From a virus (lineage: Duplodnaviria > Caudoviricetes): a stretch of DNA of 37,644 bases. Positions 16,912 through 26,453 of the stretch are shown here, piece after piece. Location of the stretch: the IMG/VR virus record IMGVR_UViG_3300030372_000318, positions 1 through 37,644 of that record, one strand, 5' to 3'. Under the pieces are notes generated by a model that made no database searches, was not told the origin of the DNA, and saw only the letters and a program-made list of their open reading frames with translations. The number at the start of each line of letters is the position of its first letter. The first letter of the stretch is position 1. The position numbers were made by a program, and so were the translations under genes.

Positions 16912-19305
16912 TTAATTAGTGGGGTACATTATTTCGTAAAGTTCTGGATACTTATCTTTTATAAAGTTTTTAACATCATCTAATTTTTCTGGTCTTCCAA
17001 ACTTTACCCATTCTTCTGCTATGTTTTGTTGATTCATAGCTTCTCCACGCCTAAACAAAGAATGACTAATTTCAGTAATTATTTCATCAGGAATATTTGC
17101 TATTACTATTTGTTCTGTTTCTATTTTTCCATTTTCTTGTTTAACCTTTACATTTACATAAACATCTCCTTCCCTGCCTATTATTGTACTTTGTAAAATA
17201 TTTCTTTTAGTACTTTTTCCATCAAACCAATTGCTTTTTAAATTAACTTTATCAGCAAGTACGTTTATTAATATTTCTTCTTTTTCTTGTCTAATTAATT
17301 TTCTCTCTCTATTTATTTGTTGAAAATCTATTCTATCTAACCATTCCTTGTGAATTTGACTAAATAGTTGAGCGTTTGCTTCCTTGTTGAATTTTTTAGA
17401 ATCGTATATCCAATCATAATCACCAGTTCTAAACATTATTTCTTTCATTAAATCTTTATTACCTTTAGCTTCAATATAAGTGTCTTCACTTTTATAAGTT
17501 TCTGAAAGTCGTTTTAATTTTAAAAAATCTGTGTTAGATAATTGAAATCTGTACTCATCTACATTGTCTCTTACCTCTTCTGGGTTATCAATTAGTTTTG
17601 CTAATGTAGTTTCATTTGATTCTTCTGGTTGTCCATCTTTTAATATTTTTTGATCTTTAATTGTAAATTGAGTTATGTCAATGTTATTTGCTGCTAAATC
17701 TTTCCAACCACCTTCTTTAGCAAACGCTATTTCTTGTGCAGCAATAAGATTTTCTTTATAAACTCCTTCCTTTTGTTCTACAATTTCATTGTATTTTATT
17801 TCTAAATTTTTCAATGCAGATTCTAATTGTTTTGGATTTGTAATTGTAGTTTTTAAATGTTCCTGATAAACCTCTATTGGTTGTAAACCTGTTATTTTAT
17901 TAACTATGTCAGATGTTTTTATATCTACATAACTTACATTATTTTTTAATAACTCTAAATCTGTTTGAACTTGATCTGCGTATGTACCATCAAATAAAAA
18001 ATATTTCCTACGAACATTAGCTACAATAAATTCATTGTATTTGTCTAATATTTTTCCATCTATTTTTTGTTTATAATCAAAATTAGTTTTGTATTTTTGC
18101 GGATCAAAATCTACTGCATTAAATGCTTTTGTATATAATTTATCAGCTTGTTTAACACCTAATCTTTGTATGGCAAATAAATGTGTTGTTTGATGTTGTG
18201 TTATTAAAACTCCTTTAGGTACAGCTTGATAAAATTTTGACTTATTTCGTTCTGCCTCTAATAAAACAAATCTTTCTGTTTGACTAAATTGTTCAACATT
18301 TATTTCGTCTGTATTAAAACCAGATATTACAAGACCACCATTATTATTATCACTATTATTGGTACTACTCAAACCTTCTAATATAATTGCTGAATTTGTA
18401 AAACCATAATTAGTTGGATTGTTATTATTTAAAATTGCGTTTACAATTATTTCACCATTATGATCATCAGTAACTTCCTTAATACCTTCTTTTATTTCTT
18501 CTAGCGTTATTTTGTTGTCACCATTGGGATCAATTGCTTTCATATATAACTTTAATTCTCCAAATAATTTTTTTTCTTTAAACCTCTCAATTACTTCTGT
18601 ATGTATTCCCATATAATATTCGCTTAATCTTTCTAAATATATTGGACTTAAAGGTTCACCATCAGGACCGACTTCAACTCTTAAACCTTCTCGTATTGCT
18701 TGTTCTTTTATTAATTCAGCACCTGATTCCATTTCAGTTTTAAATATGCCATCATCAACATTCCAAGAATCAAGATTTTCTATAGCACCACCTTGATGAT
18801 TTTTTATAGAAATTTGTGTTTCTAAATCCAACATTAATCGTTGTTGTTTTAACGAATGTTGAGTCATTAAAGTTTGTTGGTTTGTTACAGCAACTTGAGC
18901 CATATTTTCAAACATAAATTTAACAACTCCATTACTTGCTTCGCCTTGGTATCTTCCAAGTAAATCTTTTATTTGTGTGTTAGCTTGATCAAATACTCTA
19001 GTAGTAGTACCATCTTCTGGGTTAACAACTTGTAAAGCTTCATAGCCCTCTTTATTTCTATAATCTATTGAAATTTTATTTAAATCCGCAGTAAAATTGT
19101 TATAAAGTCTTCTAGATTCAGCGTCATTTAATTCGTCATCTAACTTTTGTATTATTTCACCTGTTTGTTGTAATGCTTTTGCGTTTCTTGTTATGTCATC
19201 AGACACAACATCTTTCATTGGTTCAATCGAACCCGGACTAAGTTGGACTTCAGAACCTATTGAAAGTTCTTGATTTAATCCTGTTTGTAAAGGTACTCTT
19301 GCCAT
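16912..19305 (-). CDS. Internal virion (ejection) protein, Bbp11/T7 gp15-like position
   Basis: 797 aa, helical, MARVP N-terminus; synteny between the small and giant internal proteins. Confidence 0.7.
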   Translation of the reverse strand: MARVPLQTGLNQELSIGSEVQLSPGSIEPMKDVVSDDITRNAKALQQTGEIIQKLDDELNDAESRRLYNNFTADLNKISIDYRNKEGYEALQVVNPEDGTTTRVFDQANTQIKDLLGRYQGEASNGVVKFMFENMAQVAVTNQQTLMTQHSLKQQRLMLDLETQISIKNHQGGAIENLDSWNVDDGIFKTEMESGAELIKEQAIREGLRVEVGPDGEPLSPIYLERLSEYYMGIHTEVIERFKEKKLFGELKLYMKAIDPNGDNKITLEEIKEGIKEVTDDHNGEIIVNAILNNNNPTNYGFTNSAIILEGLSSTNNSDNNNGGLVISGFNTDEINVEQFSQTERFVLLEAERNKSKFYQAVPKGVLITQHQTTHLFAIQRLGVKQADKLYTKAFNAVDFDPQKYKTNFDYKQKIDGKILDKYNEFIVANVRRKYFLFDGTYADQVQTDLELLKNNVSYVDIKTSDIVNKITGLQPIEVYQEHLKTTITNPKQLESALKNLEIKYNEIVEQKEGVYKENLIAAQEIAFAKEGGWKDLAANNIDITQFTIKDQKILKDGQPEESNETTLAKLIDNPEEVRDNVDEYRFQLSNTDFLKLKRLSETYKSEDTYIEAKGNKDLMKEIMFRTGDYDWIYDSKKFNKEANAQLFSQIHKEWLDRIDFQQINRERKLIRQEKEEILINVLADKVNLKSNWFDGKSTKRNILQSTIIGREGDVYVNVKVKQENGKIETEQIVIANIPDEIITEISHSLFRRGEAMNQQNIAEEWVKFGRPEKLDDVKNFIKDKYPELYEIMYPTN

Positions 19306-19307
19306 AG

Positions 19308-19934
19308 TTATTTTTCAGTTTTCTTGGTTGTTTCAGTAGTAGTTTCTGTTGTTTTTCTCAACATACCGGGTGGAAGACTACTTATAAAGCTTGCACCACC
19401 TGTTAACAAACTACTACTCATATTCATAAATGGACTAATAGAAGATGCTGTCGCAAACATATTGCTTGCACCAACTCCATACATACTTCCTTTTATACCT
19501 AAACCTACAGCTTCTAATCTTTTATTCTGTGCTGCTCTAACTTTATTTGAATTCATAGTCAGTTTGTCTATTTTTGCCAAGATTTCAGAACTAACAAATG
19601 CATCTTTAGTACTACCTACACCCATTTGTATTCCTCTAGATGCAAAAGATGCTCTAGCACTAGATCTTGCTGCACCTTGTTTAAGAGTAGCTATTTGTAT
19701 TTGTTTATTAAATGCTCTCATTATGTGTTGTGCTTGGCTTTCTTTCATGCGTTGATTAAACAACGCCATATCTCTTTTATGTTCTAAACTTAATGCTAAA
19801 CTTTTTGTTTTATATTTTTCTGCACTTGATGCATAAAAAGAACCAACAACACCACCAAGAGCACCAAAACCTTGAGATATAACACCAAACTTACCTAACT
19901 TACTAAGATCTTTCCATCCGTAACTATCAGTCAT
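19308..19934 (-). CDS. Small internal virion protein (T7 gp14-like position)
   Basis: 208 aa; Gly/Ala/Ser-rich hydrophobic ends; ARASFASRGI.MG.GS motif; follows tail tube B. Confidence 0.75.
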   Translation of the reverse strand: MTDSYGWKDLSKLGKFGVISQGFGALGGVVGSFYASSAEKYKTKSLALSLEHKRDMALFNQRMKESQAQHIMRAFNKQIQIATLKQGAARSSARASFASRGIQMGVGSTKDAFVSSEILAKIDKLTMNSNKVRAAQNKRLEAVGLGIKGSMYGVGASNMFATASSISPFMNMSSSLLTGGASFISSLPPGMLRKTTETTTETTKKTEK

Positions 19935-19968
19935 TGTTGTGCTTACCTCAACGCTTCCTTATTTTTTT

Positions 19969-20002
19969 AGTATATCTATATAATATCTGTTTACGGTCAC
20001 AC
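19969..20002 (-). promoter_or_regulatory. Putative late promoter for the internal virion genes: GTGTGACCGTAA-N16-TATACT
   Basis: 12-mer at 19991-20002; near-consensus -10 at 19969-19974. Confidence 0.85.
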
Positions 20003-22470
20003 TATCCACCCATGGCTACCTCTAATGTTAAACCTACAATTGTTAATGGTAATGGGTCTGTTTGGCGTACAAATAATTGTCCGTTATCTTGCCATTGAGG
20101 TGTAAGCATTATTTTAATATCTTGTGTTTTTAAATCTGGTGGCGATCCATAAGGTTCTGTTGTACGTTGTTTTGCTTCTACTAATTTATCTGCACTAGGA
20201 CCTGCAAAAATACCAGATGATTCTAATACTCGTAGCCATACATGATTTAAATTTTTAACTCTACCCTGACCAAATGCTTCTACCTGTAATGCCATAGGTA
20301 ATGTATTTAAATCGCTTTCATAAGGCAATCCAAGATGTACAACACTAGCTGCACGATCTAACGTAATAGAACCACTAGATACTACTTTTTGTGGATGTAC
20401 TGCACCATCTGCCAAGATATTTACTGTTTTACCTTCTAACCAAGAAATACCTGATATAACATTTCGAGCAACTTCGTAAGTTGTTATGGCTGTATTACGC
20501 AAAGATGCAGGTAAATCTTTATCTAATTTTGCAGTTGCAACTGTTTGACTTGACGTACCAAGAATGGTTAGACGATAAAGAATACTGCCATCAACTAAAA
20601 CTATTGCATCATTTACATCAGCAACACTAGGTGGTGCGTTAAATAAATTGTAGTTAGCTGTAATCGTAACAGTTTCGCCTTTTGTGTAATTTGTACCGCC
20701 AGATATAGTTACGTTTTGACCTGTGTTTGTATTTGTACCGTTGTAAGTAGCACCTGCATCAACAAAGAAATTATCACGTTGTGTCGCAAATAATCTTGTA
20801 CCCATACGTTCTACATAGCGTTTGCTTGCACCATTAATAGTTCTTTTTACAACGCAATATGTAACGTCATCATTACCTTCAGAGACACAAGCTACGCTTT
20901 CAAAAGTTCCATCTGTATCATGTTGATGCCATGCACCTATCTGTTGTTCTGGAACATATGTAAGACCTAATAATTTCCCACTACTACTTACCTGCCATAC
21001 AATAGGTATTGGTGACTTAGATAAAGCCATATCTACAATTGTAAAATTATCAAATAAATGCGGAGCACGAAGAGATAAATCACCTGTAATAAATCCATTA
21101 GCTTGCCAGTTATAACCCAACTCTCTTACATGACCGCCACGAGCAGCACCATATACCAAGCTATTATTAACAATTACTGGTTGTGCATTGTTTGCACCAA
21201 CATATGATTGAGGTTTTACCGATATAGATGTAGGTGTTATTGCATCACTATTAACAGAAGTAACTCTCCATTCTGCTGATCCAGTAAGCATAAGTAAATT
21301 TGTTAATGGAACTATATGTCTAATAGTATTTGCTTCACGAGCAGCAACTCTAAACTCAATACGGTCATCATCTCGTATCGGTAATCCAAAAGACATATTA
21401 CTTTCAGTACCTGATTTAGTCATCCATATATTTTGCGGTGCATTATTTGTACCTGCAAACACTCTGCGTTGTTCAAAGTAAGATACAGCACCGGGATAAT
21501 TACCAGTTCCTACGAAATCATTTTCATGTATTGGTGGAGTTCTAGAAAAATCTGGTGAAATATTATCGTCTACAAGAGTTGTTGTTGTTGTCTCTCCAAG
21601 AAATCCATATATACCTCCTTGTTGTTTATAAACTCTATACCGAGTCGCACCAGAAACTGAATTCCATGTAATGGTATTTTTAGCTCCAGTAACAAATATA
21701 TTGTTGTTTACAGATGCAGCAGATGATTGATTGCTTTCATCTACTAAATTAGCTTTTACAGCAGTAACAACATATTCATGTGCCACATAAGTATCTGTAT
21801 TTGTCGTGGTAGACGCAGGTATATACATAGCAGCGTTGACACCACCGGGTGCTGCTAAAGGACTACCAAAATCAATTACACGCAATTCCCATTGTGTTGC
21901 CCCAAGTCTTCTTAATTCTCTAGGTGCATGGTTAGGATGCACTAATGTTATAACGTCAGCAGATTGCACATAATTTACATCAAACAATTCTGCTTCTAAA
22001 TATGGATGTGGAATTTCATATACATTAGGATTTGTTGGCATAGCATACCAATTAGTTGCGTTTGGTGGCTGGCTATTAGAATGAACTGTTTTTGAATAAT
22101 AATTTACACCGCCTTGTTTTGCTATTGACCCAACTACATAATTAGTACCACCACTCCATGCTGCACCATCGCTATAAAATAAAGTTTGCCCTAAAGTATG
22201 AAACCTAAAATATTGATCACCAAACTCTAAAACCATAGTTTGAGTTGTATTAAATGTAAAAGATAATAATCTTGTAACTTTAGTGCTACTTTTTACTTCT
22301 CTTACAAAAGCAAATCCCGGTCTATTTTGTGCGGGTCCTTGTGGTTTAGCAATAAAATTACGCATTGTTGCTGCACCTTGTTGGAATTTATTATCAGCAA
22401 TACGACCAAACATTTCTGGTGATATTTCACCTCCAGAAAATGCTTGTTTAAAATTACGAGTTACTGGCAT
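20002..22470 (-). CDS. Tail tubular protein B / nozzle (Bbp13-like)
   Basis: 822 aa; FSGGEISP.MFGR…N…PQGPA.NRPG, YVQSADV, YPGAVSYFEQRR.FAG, AWHQH motifs. Confidence 0.9.
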   Translation of the reverse strand: MPVTRNFKQAFSGGEISPEMFGRIADNKFQQGAATMRNFIAKPQGPAQNRPGFAFVREVKSSTKVTRLLSFTFNTTQTMVLEFGDQYFRFHTLGQTLFYSDGAAWSGGTNYVVGSIAKQGGVNYYSKTVHSNSQPPNATNWYAMPTNPNVYEIPHPYLEAELFDVNYVQSADVITLVHPNHAPRELRRLGATQWELRVIDFGSPLAAPGGVNAAMYIPASTTTNTDTYVAHEYVVTAVKANLVDESNQSSAASVNNNIFVTGAKNTITWNSVSGATRYRVYKQQGGIYGFLGETTTTTLVDDNISPDFSRTPPIHENDFVGTGNYPGAVSYFEQRRVFAGTNNAPQNIWMTKSGTESNMSFGLPIRDDDRIEFRVAAREANTIRHIVPLTNLLMLTGSAEWRVTSVNSDAITPTSISVKPQSYVGANNAQPVIVNNSLVYGAARGGHVRELGYNWQANGFITGDLSLRAPHLFDNFTIVDMALSKSPIPIVWQVSSSGKLLGLTYVPEQQIGAWHQHDTDGTFESVACVSEGNDDVTYCVVKRTINGASKRYVERMGTRLFATQRDNFFVDAGATYNGTNTNTGQNVTISGGTNYTKGETVTITANYNLFNAPPSVADVNDAIVLVDGSILYRLTILGTSSQTVATAKLDKDLPASLRNTAITTYEVARNVISGISWLEGKTVNILADGAVHPQKVVSSGSITLDRAASVVHLGLPYESDLNTLPMALQVEAFGQGRVKNLNHVWLRVLESSGIFAGPSADKLVEAKQRTTEPYGSPPDLKTQDIKIMLTPQWQDNGQLFVRQTDPLPLTIVGLTLEVAMGG

Positions 22471-22473
22471 AAA

Positions 22474-23142
22474 TTACCTCCCAGATGTCCAAGGAACTAT
22501 ATGTTCAACAGTTATATCTCTATGTAAATTATCTGATTGTTTTGCACTATTTAAATAATTAATCATCATTTGTGAACTACGTTTTGCTTCTGCTGCTCCC
22601 TGATCACCTTTTATTATTGGACCTGCCAACATAGATGCCAAGTGCCAAGACAACGTAACTACAAATAAAGGAGAAAACAACGATGGGTCAGTTATAAACG
22701 CTTGATATCGCAACATTGCATTTTCTTGGTTTGTATAAATTAAATCGCCTTCTATCGCAAATTGTTGTGGTGTATATTGACCTGCCACTATAGTTGGTGC
22801 ATAGTTAGATGTAATCCCACCGGGGGTATCACCGGCAGACATCCTTGTAGCATAATCGTTTTGAGCGGTTGGAGATATAATTGCAACAGGTGACATCATA
22901 TCCGCAGGTGCTACATATGCATAATCCCATTGGTCAAGACTATTAGTAGTTAATGCTAAATTTCCACGTTTTGCTGCAAAGTTCCATGTATGCATTTCTA
23001 GCAAACTATTTCTTGCTATTGGATAAAAACGTGCAGCTTTTTCTGCTTGAGCCGATCCCTCTGGAGGGGATAGCGTAGCTATTGTTGCATCATCACCCAA
23101 ATGAGCTAGGGCAAGGTTGCAAATATCTACTTCAGTTGCCAT
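22474..23142 (-). CDS. Tail tubular protein A / head-tail adaptor
   Basis: 222 aa; EVDICNLALAHLG…H.WNFA.KR..L…WDYAY..PAD pattern; AGGAG site upstream. Confidence 0.9.
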   Translation of the reverse strand: MATEVDICNLALAHLGDDATIATLSPPEGSAQAEKAARFYPIARNSLLEMHTWNFAAKRGNLALTTNSLDQWDYAYVAPADMMSPVAIISPTAQNDYATRMSAGDTPGGITSNYAPTIVAGQYTPQQFAIEGDLIYTNQENAMLRYQAFITDPSLFSPLFVVTLSWHLASMLAGPIIKGDQGAAEAKRSSQMMINYLNSAKQSDNLHRDITVEHIVPWTSGR

Positions 23143-23152
23143 AACATCTCCT

Positions 23153-23190
23153 AAAAAAAGAGGAGGTTAGCAGTATTACTACTAGCCCCC
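23153..23190 (-). terminator. Intrinsic terminator after the capsid genes
   Basis: Minus strand GGGGGCTAGTAGT-AAT-ACTGCTAACCTCC followed by TCTTTTTTT. Confidence 0.8.
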
Positions 23191-23215
23191 AGTAAGAAAA
23201 ATAAAAGAATAATGC

Positions 23216-23461
23216 CTATTTACTTGCTGCTTCAAGTTGACTAATAAGAATATCTTTTGTTTGCCTTCTATCTAGTTCAATACCAATAGAACGACCATAC
23301 ACTTCGAGCTCTGCTTTTGTCATTGCTTCAAAATCAATAACATCAGACCCACCAACTATTTCTATATTGGTATTTGGCTCTCCGTTGTATTCAAACTCTT
23401 CATCAGCTTCTCGCATGGATTGACCAACGAAACATTTAACTTTAGCTCTGTAAATAGGCAT
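23216..23461 (-). CDS. Small protein with C-terminal Rho-N/HeH-like helical motif
   Basis: 81 aa; MTKAELEVYGRSIGIELDRRQTKDILISQL; AGGAG site upstream. Confidence 0.7.
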   Translation of the reverse strand: MPIYRAKVKCFVGQSMREADEEFEYNGEPNTNIEIVGGSDVIDFEAMTKAELEVYGRSIGIELDRRQTKDILISQLEAASK

Positions 23462-23473
23462 AAATTCTCCTTA

Positions 23474-23905
23474 TTAAGCTACGGTAAAGCCAGAAGCATA
23501 GTACTTTTGACCATCACCAATTGTTTCTACTACGTCAGCAGTAACTTTACCTGCGTTCATAGTACCAGTAACAACGTATCTTGCACCTAAGTACCTTTTA
23601 CCTTTACCTGCAATATCAGGATTAATGCGTACAACAATGTTCTTACCTAATGTAAGTGCTGCTGTAGCAATAGTTGCACTACTACCGATAACATCGTGAC
23701 TAGACAAGTTAGCGTTAGCACTAGTAACTACTTCAAAAGTAATGTTTGTACCGTTAGCAAATGCTTCTGTTAAAGCAAAGTTCATGTACAAAGCTGTACC
23801 TTCACCGACATCTCTAGCAACACTTAAATCAATAGTGTTAGTTGAGTATGCTGTTGAAGTAACTGCTTGATCTTCGCTCACTCTGAGCAGACTATCTGTA
23901 ATCAT
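23474..23905 (-). CDS. Capsid cement protein (Bbp16-like)
   Basis: 143 aa; MITD.LL..SEDQAVT.TA.STN.IDL…RYLG.RY.V.GT..AGKVTA; follows the major capsid gene. Confidence 0.85.
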   Translation of the reverse strand: MITDSLLRVSEDQAVTSTAYSTNTIDLSVARDVGEGTALYMNFALTEAFANGTNITFEVVTSANANLSSHDVIGSSATIATAALTLGKNIVVRINPDIAGKGKRYLGARYVVTGTMNAGKVTADVVETIGDGQKYYASGFTVA

Positions 23906-23931
23906 TTTAGATCTCCTTTAGTAATAAAAAA

Positions 23932-24951
23932 TTAAACTACACGAGCTTCGCTGTTAATCAACGCATCTACTCTTCTTAGAGGTACTCCAAGGAATGATAA
24001 GTAGCTTTGTGCTGATCCAAACTGTGATAAACCTTCTTGTATTGATAATACGTTTTGTGATTTATCAAGTGCTGCAATACTCATGCCTGAGTGAACTGTT
24101 CTATTCATATAGAAAGCTGCTCTTCCCATTGCCATGTTTGGTATTCTATACAACGCTCTAGCCATCAATTTAACTAAGTTAGTTGAAGCTGCTGCTGTTT
24201 GTGTATTAGCACTACCAAGAAGGTCAGAAATATCAATGTTGCAAATACGAACAACGTATCTCCAATCTTTAACAACCAAACCATTTTTCCATTGGTAACG
24301 AGTAGCAAAAGCCTGTAGCCTTGTACCGTCACTATTGTAAACAGTTTGCTCACCAAGATCTTCGTGAGTTAAACCTGCTTTAGATCCTTTAGGAAAAGGA
24401 CAATAAACAGTATTGTCACCCCAAACAACTAGATATACAGAAGCATTATCAGAGCCTGATCCACCTGCGTCAAGAATGTTTACAGCGTTATCTGCGGATA
24501 GATCACCATATCTAGGTGCTAAACCTAAAAACTTTTTAGGATCAGTACCGGGATTGCCGTAAAACATTGTTTCAGCTTGAGTCTGGTTCATTGCTTCCAA
24601 AAACGCAGTATCTTCAGATAAACGGAACTGTGCAGTGTTACCATTTAACATTGCTAAGTCTTTGTCTACTTCAGAACGAGCTTCTAGAATTCCACAAGCT
24701 TCATCAATCTGTGCTGTTGTTGACTTGCTTGAAGGAATACCTTGGTTAAGTGCTCTCCAGTAAACACCGGGTAAACCAGTTCTAATAACTACACGTTCTC
24801 CAGTAGGTAAATTACCTTCCTTAAACACGCAATCATCTAGTATTTCGTTGCTTTGTGATAGTAATTCTGCAACGATTGGAACTCTACCGTCTGGGTCAGA
24901 TCTTTTTGCCCAATCCGCTAGTGTTAAATTTGAGGTTGAAAGTGTAGCCAT
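23932..24951 (-). CDS. Major capsid protein (BPP-1 Bbp17-like)
   Basis: 339 aa; TLADWAKR…ELLSQSNEILDD..FKEGNLPTG…RTGLP…FLEAMNQ…DWRYVVRICNID; AAGGAG site upstream. Confidence 0.95.
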   Translation of the reverse strand: MATLSTSNLTLADWAKRSDPDGRVPIVAELLSQSNEILDDCVFKEGNLPTGERVVIRTGLPGVYWRALNQGIPSSKSTTAQIDEACGILEARSEVDKDLAMLNGNTAQFRLSEDTAFLEAMNQTQAETMFYGNPGTDPKKFLGLAPRYGDLSADNAVNILDAGGSGSDNASVYLVVWGDNTVYCPFPKGSKAGLTHEDLGEQTVYNSDGTRLQAFATRYQWKNGLVVKDWRYVVRICNIDISDLLGSANTQTAAASTNLVKLMARALYRIPNMAMGRAAFYMNRTVHSGMSIAALDKSQNVLSIQEGLSQFGSAQSYLSFLGVPLRRVDALINSEARVV

Positions 24952-24962
24952 TTAATAACTCC

Positions 24963-25658
24963 TTACTTGTTTTGCTGATTTGAATATAGTGCGTTTGCTA
25001 TGCCGTTAAAATCTTTAGGAACATTACCGCCTTGGGCATTAGCTCCCTGTGAATTACCAACATAACTATCTTCACTAATTGCCTTACCTGCTCGGTACAT
25101 AAACCGAATTACTTCGGGATGATTTCCCAAGCCTGATTCTGACAGCAACTGTTTTAAAGGATCAGTACCAAAAGCATCAAGGGCTGATTTAGCAACTTCT
25201 AAATTGGCATTAAGATTTTCACCACCAAATTCTGCATCTGATTGTGAACTTTCAGCCCATTCTATCCTTGCCTGTTCAACCTGTGCTGCTTGTCTTGCCT
25301 GTATAACAGGTGCGACTTTGTCTAATACTTTTTGTGCAGCTTCCTGTGGCAGGTCAAGTTCTTTAGCGACTTCACCGAATGCAGTTAATACATCGGGGTC
25401 GAGTACCTCTGGTGCGTCAGCCACCTTGTCGTTGAACTCGTATTTTTCAGGAGCACCTTCTTTAGTTTCCTGTTCGCTAGTTTCACTTTCAACAGAGGAT
25501 TCATCCGAATCTTGTTGATCCTGTACAGTTTCAGCTTGTTGCTGTGTTTCTTCAGTATTAGTCGCTTCAGCCGATTGCTCAGTTTGTGCTTCTTCTACTG
25601 GTTGCTGTGTGCTGCCTTCATTGGTTTGGTCGGCTTCCGTCATCAGCGTTTCTGACAT
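24963..25658 (-). CDS. Capsid scaffolding protein (Bbp18-like)
   Basis: 231 aa; acidic disordered N-terminus, APEKYEF, GLGNHPEVIRFMYRAGKAISED; directly upstream of the capsid gene. Confidence 0.85.
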   Translation of the reverse strand: MSETLMTEADQTNEGSTQQPVEEAQTEQSAEATNTEETQQQAETVQDQQDSDESSVESETSEQETKEGAPEKYEFNDKVADAPEVLDPDVLTAFGEVAKELDLPQEAAQKVLDKVAPVIQARQAAQVEQARIEWAESSQSDAEFGGENLNANLEVAKSALDAFGTDPLKQLLSESGLGNHPEVIRFMYRAGKAISEDSYVGNSQGANAQGGNVPKDFNGIANALYSNQQNK

Positions 25659-25962
25659 TTTTTTGCTCCTTAATCATTGTCGGGTATAACTCTGGGCAGA
25701 GAGTGTGAATCAAGTTTAGTATTTGCAAACCATAGTTTCTGTTACCTTCGCTAAATGACATTGCCATTGCGTTAGTGTTAAACGATGATCGGAAAACACC
25801 TGCTTGCTCCAGAAGTCTCCAGATTAATCTGCGACCCCTCTTGCTGCTCATCAGCCATTTGATGTCCGACTCTTCATTTTGGCGGTCAATTCTTTCTTCA
25901 GACTTTTTATTGTCTTTAGATTTTTGTTGACTCTTGAGGTCGAGAGGATTGTATTCACTCAT
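25618..25962 (-). CDS. Bbp19-like protein
   Basis: 114 aa; DIKWLMSSKRGRRLIWRLL..AGVF.SSF…F.EG.RN.GL. Confidence 0.85.
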   Translation of the reverse strand: MSEYNPLDLKSQQKSKDNKKSEERIDRQNEESDIKWLMSSKRGRRLIWRLLEQAGVFRSSFNTNAMAMSFSEGNRNYGLQILNLIHTLCPELYPTMIKEQKNVRNADDGSRPNQ

Positions 25963-25967
25963 GACTT

Positions 25968-26001
25968 AATATACCTAGCAATAACTGGGTTACGGTCACA
26001 C
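25968..26001 (-). promoter_or_regulatory. Putative late promoter for the capsid genes: GTGTGACCGTAA-N16-TATATT
   Basis: 12-mer at 25990-26001; -10 ends 5 nt before ATG 25962. Confidence 0.85.
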
Positions 26002-26002
26002 C

Positions 26003-26146
26003 TTATGCCTTTTTACTTTTGCTATCTCTTAATGCTTTAGCTGTTGGTGCTCCTTTAGAACCCGGCTTACGCATTTTTTCACCAGAACCTTCTTTAATTC
26101 TTTTACGTTTTGCGTGAATGTTTGCCCATAGTCCTTGATTTTTCAT
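26003..26146 (-). CDS. Small basic protein (47 aa)
   Basis: MKNQGLWANIHAKRKRIKEGSGEKMRKPGSKGAPTAKALRDSKSKKA; below the ORF-track cutoff; resembles a recurrent small phage protein (GLYANIHAKR type). Confidence 0.8.
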   Translation of the reverse strand: MKNQGLWANIHAKRKRIKEGSGEKMRKPGSKGAPTAKALRDSKSKKA

Positions 26147-26148
26147 AA

Positions 26149-26292
26149 TTAAAACATTGATGGGTAAAGTTTTTTTAGTTTTTCCATTTCTTTTCTAGCT
26201 CTATCGTCTAACATACCTGCTTCATCCATTGCTTTATATGTTTGTATTTTTCTACGTTGAATATTAGAAATAACACCTTTTTTTTCAGCCAT
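26149..26292 (-). CDS. Small protein (47 aa) ending LKKLYPSMF
   Basis: MAEKKGVISNIQRRKIQTYKAMDEAGMLDDRARKEMEKLKKLYPSMF; GGAGG upstream; TAATG coupling. Confidence 0.75.
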   Translation of the reverse strand: MAEKKGVISNIQRRKIQTYKAMDEAGMLDDRARKEMEKLKKLYPSMF

Positions 26293-26444
26293 TACTTGTT
26301 ACCTCCATACAATGTATCTGCAAATTTTTCTAATTTAGATTTGTTTTTTTTCTTTTCTTTTTCTTGTCTATTGTGTTCTTCTATCATTTTTCTATACCTT
26401 TTTTTAAAATCAGGTGACATTTTTGTAAAATTTGGATCTTCCAT
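26292..26444 (-). CDS. Small basic protein (50 aa) ending FADTLYGGNK
   Basis: MEDPNFTKMSPDFKKRYRKMIEEHNRQEKEKKKNKSKLEKFADTLYGGNK; AGGAG at 26451-26455. Confidence 0.75.
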   Translation of the reverse strand: MEDPNFTKMSPDFKKRYRKMIEEHNRQEKEKKKNKSKLEKFADTLYGGNK

Positions 26445-26453
26445 AATAAACTC

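Noticed and set aside
16912-19305. Lytic transglycosylase domain in the ejection protein
   Set aside because: No convincing catalytic ES…G..Q motif seen by eye; a profile search would be needed.
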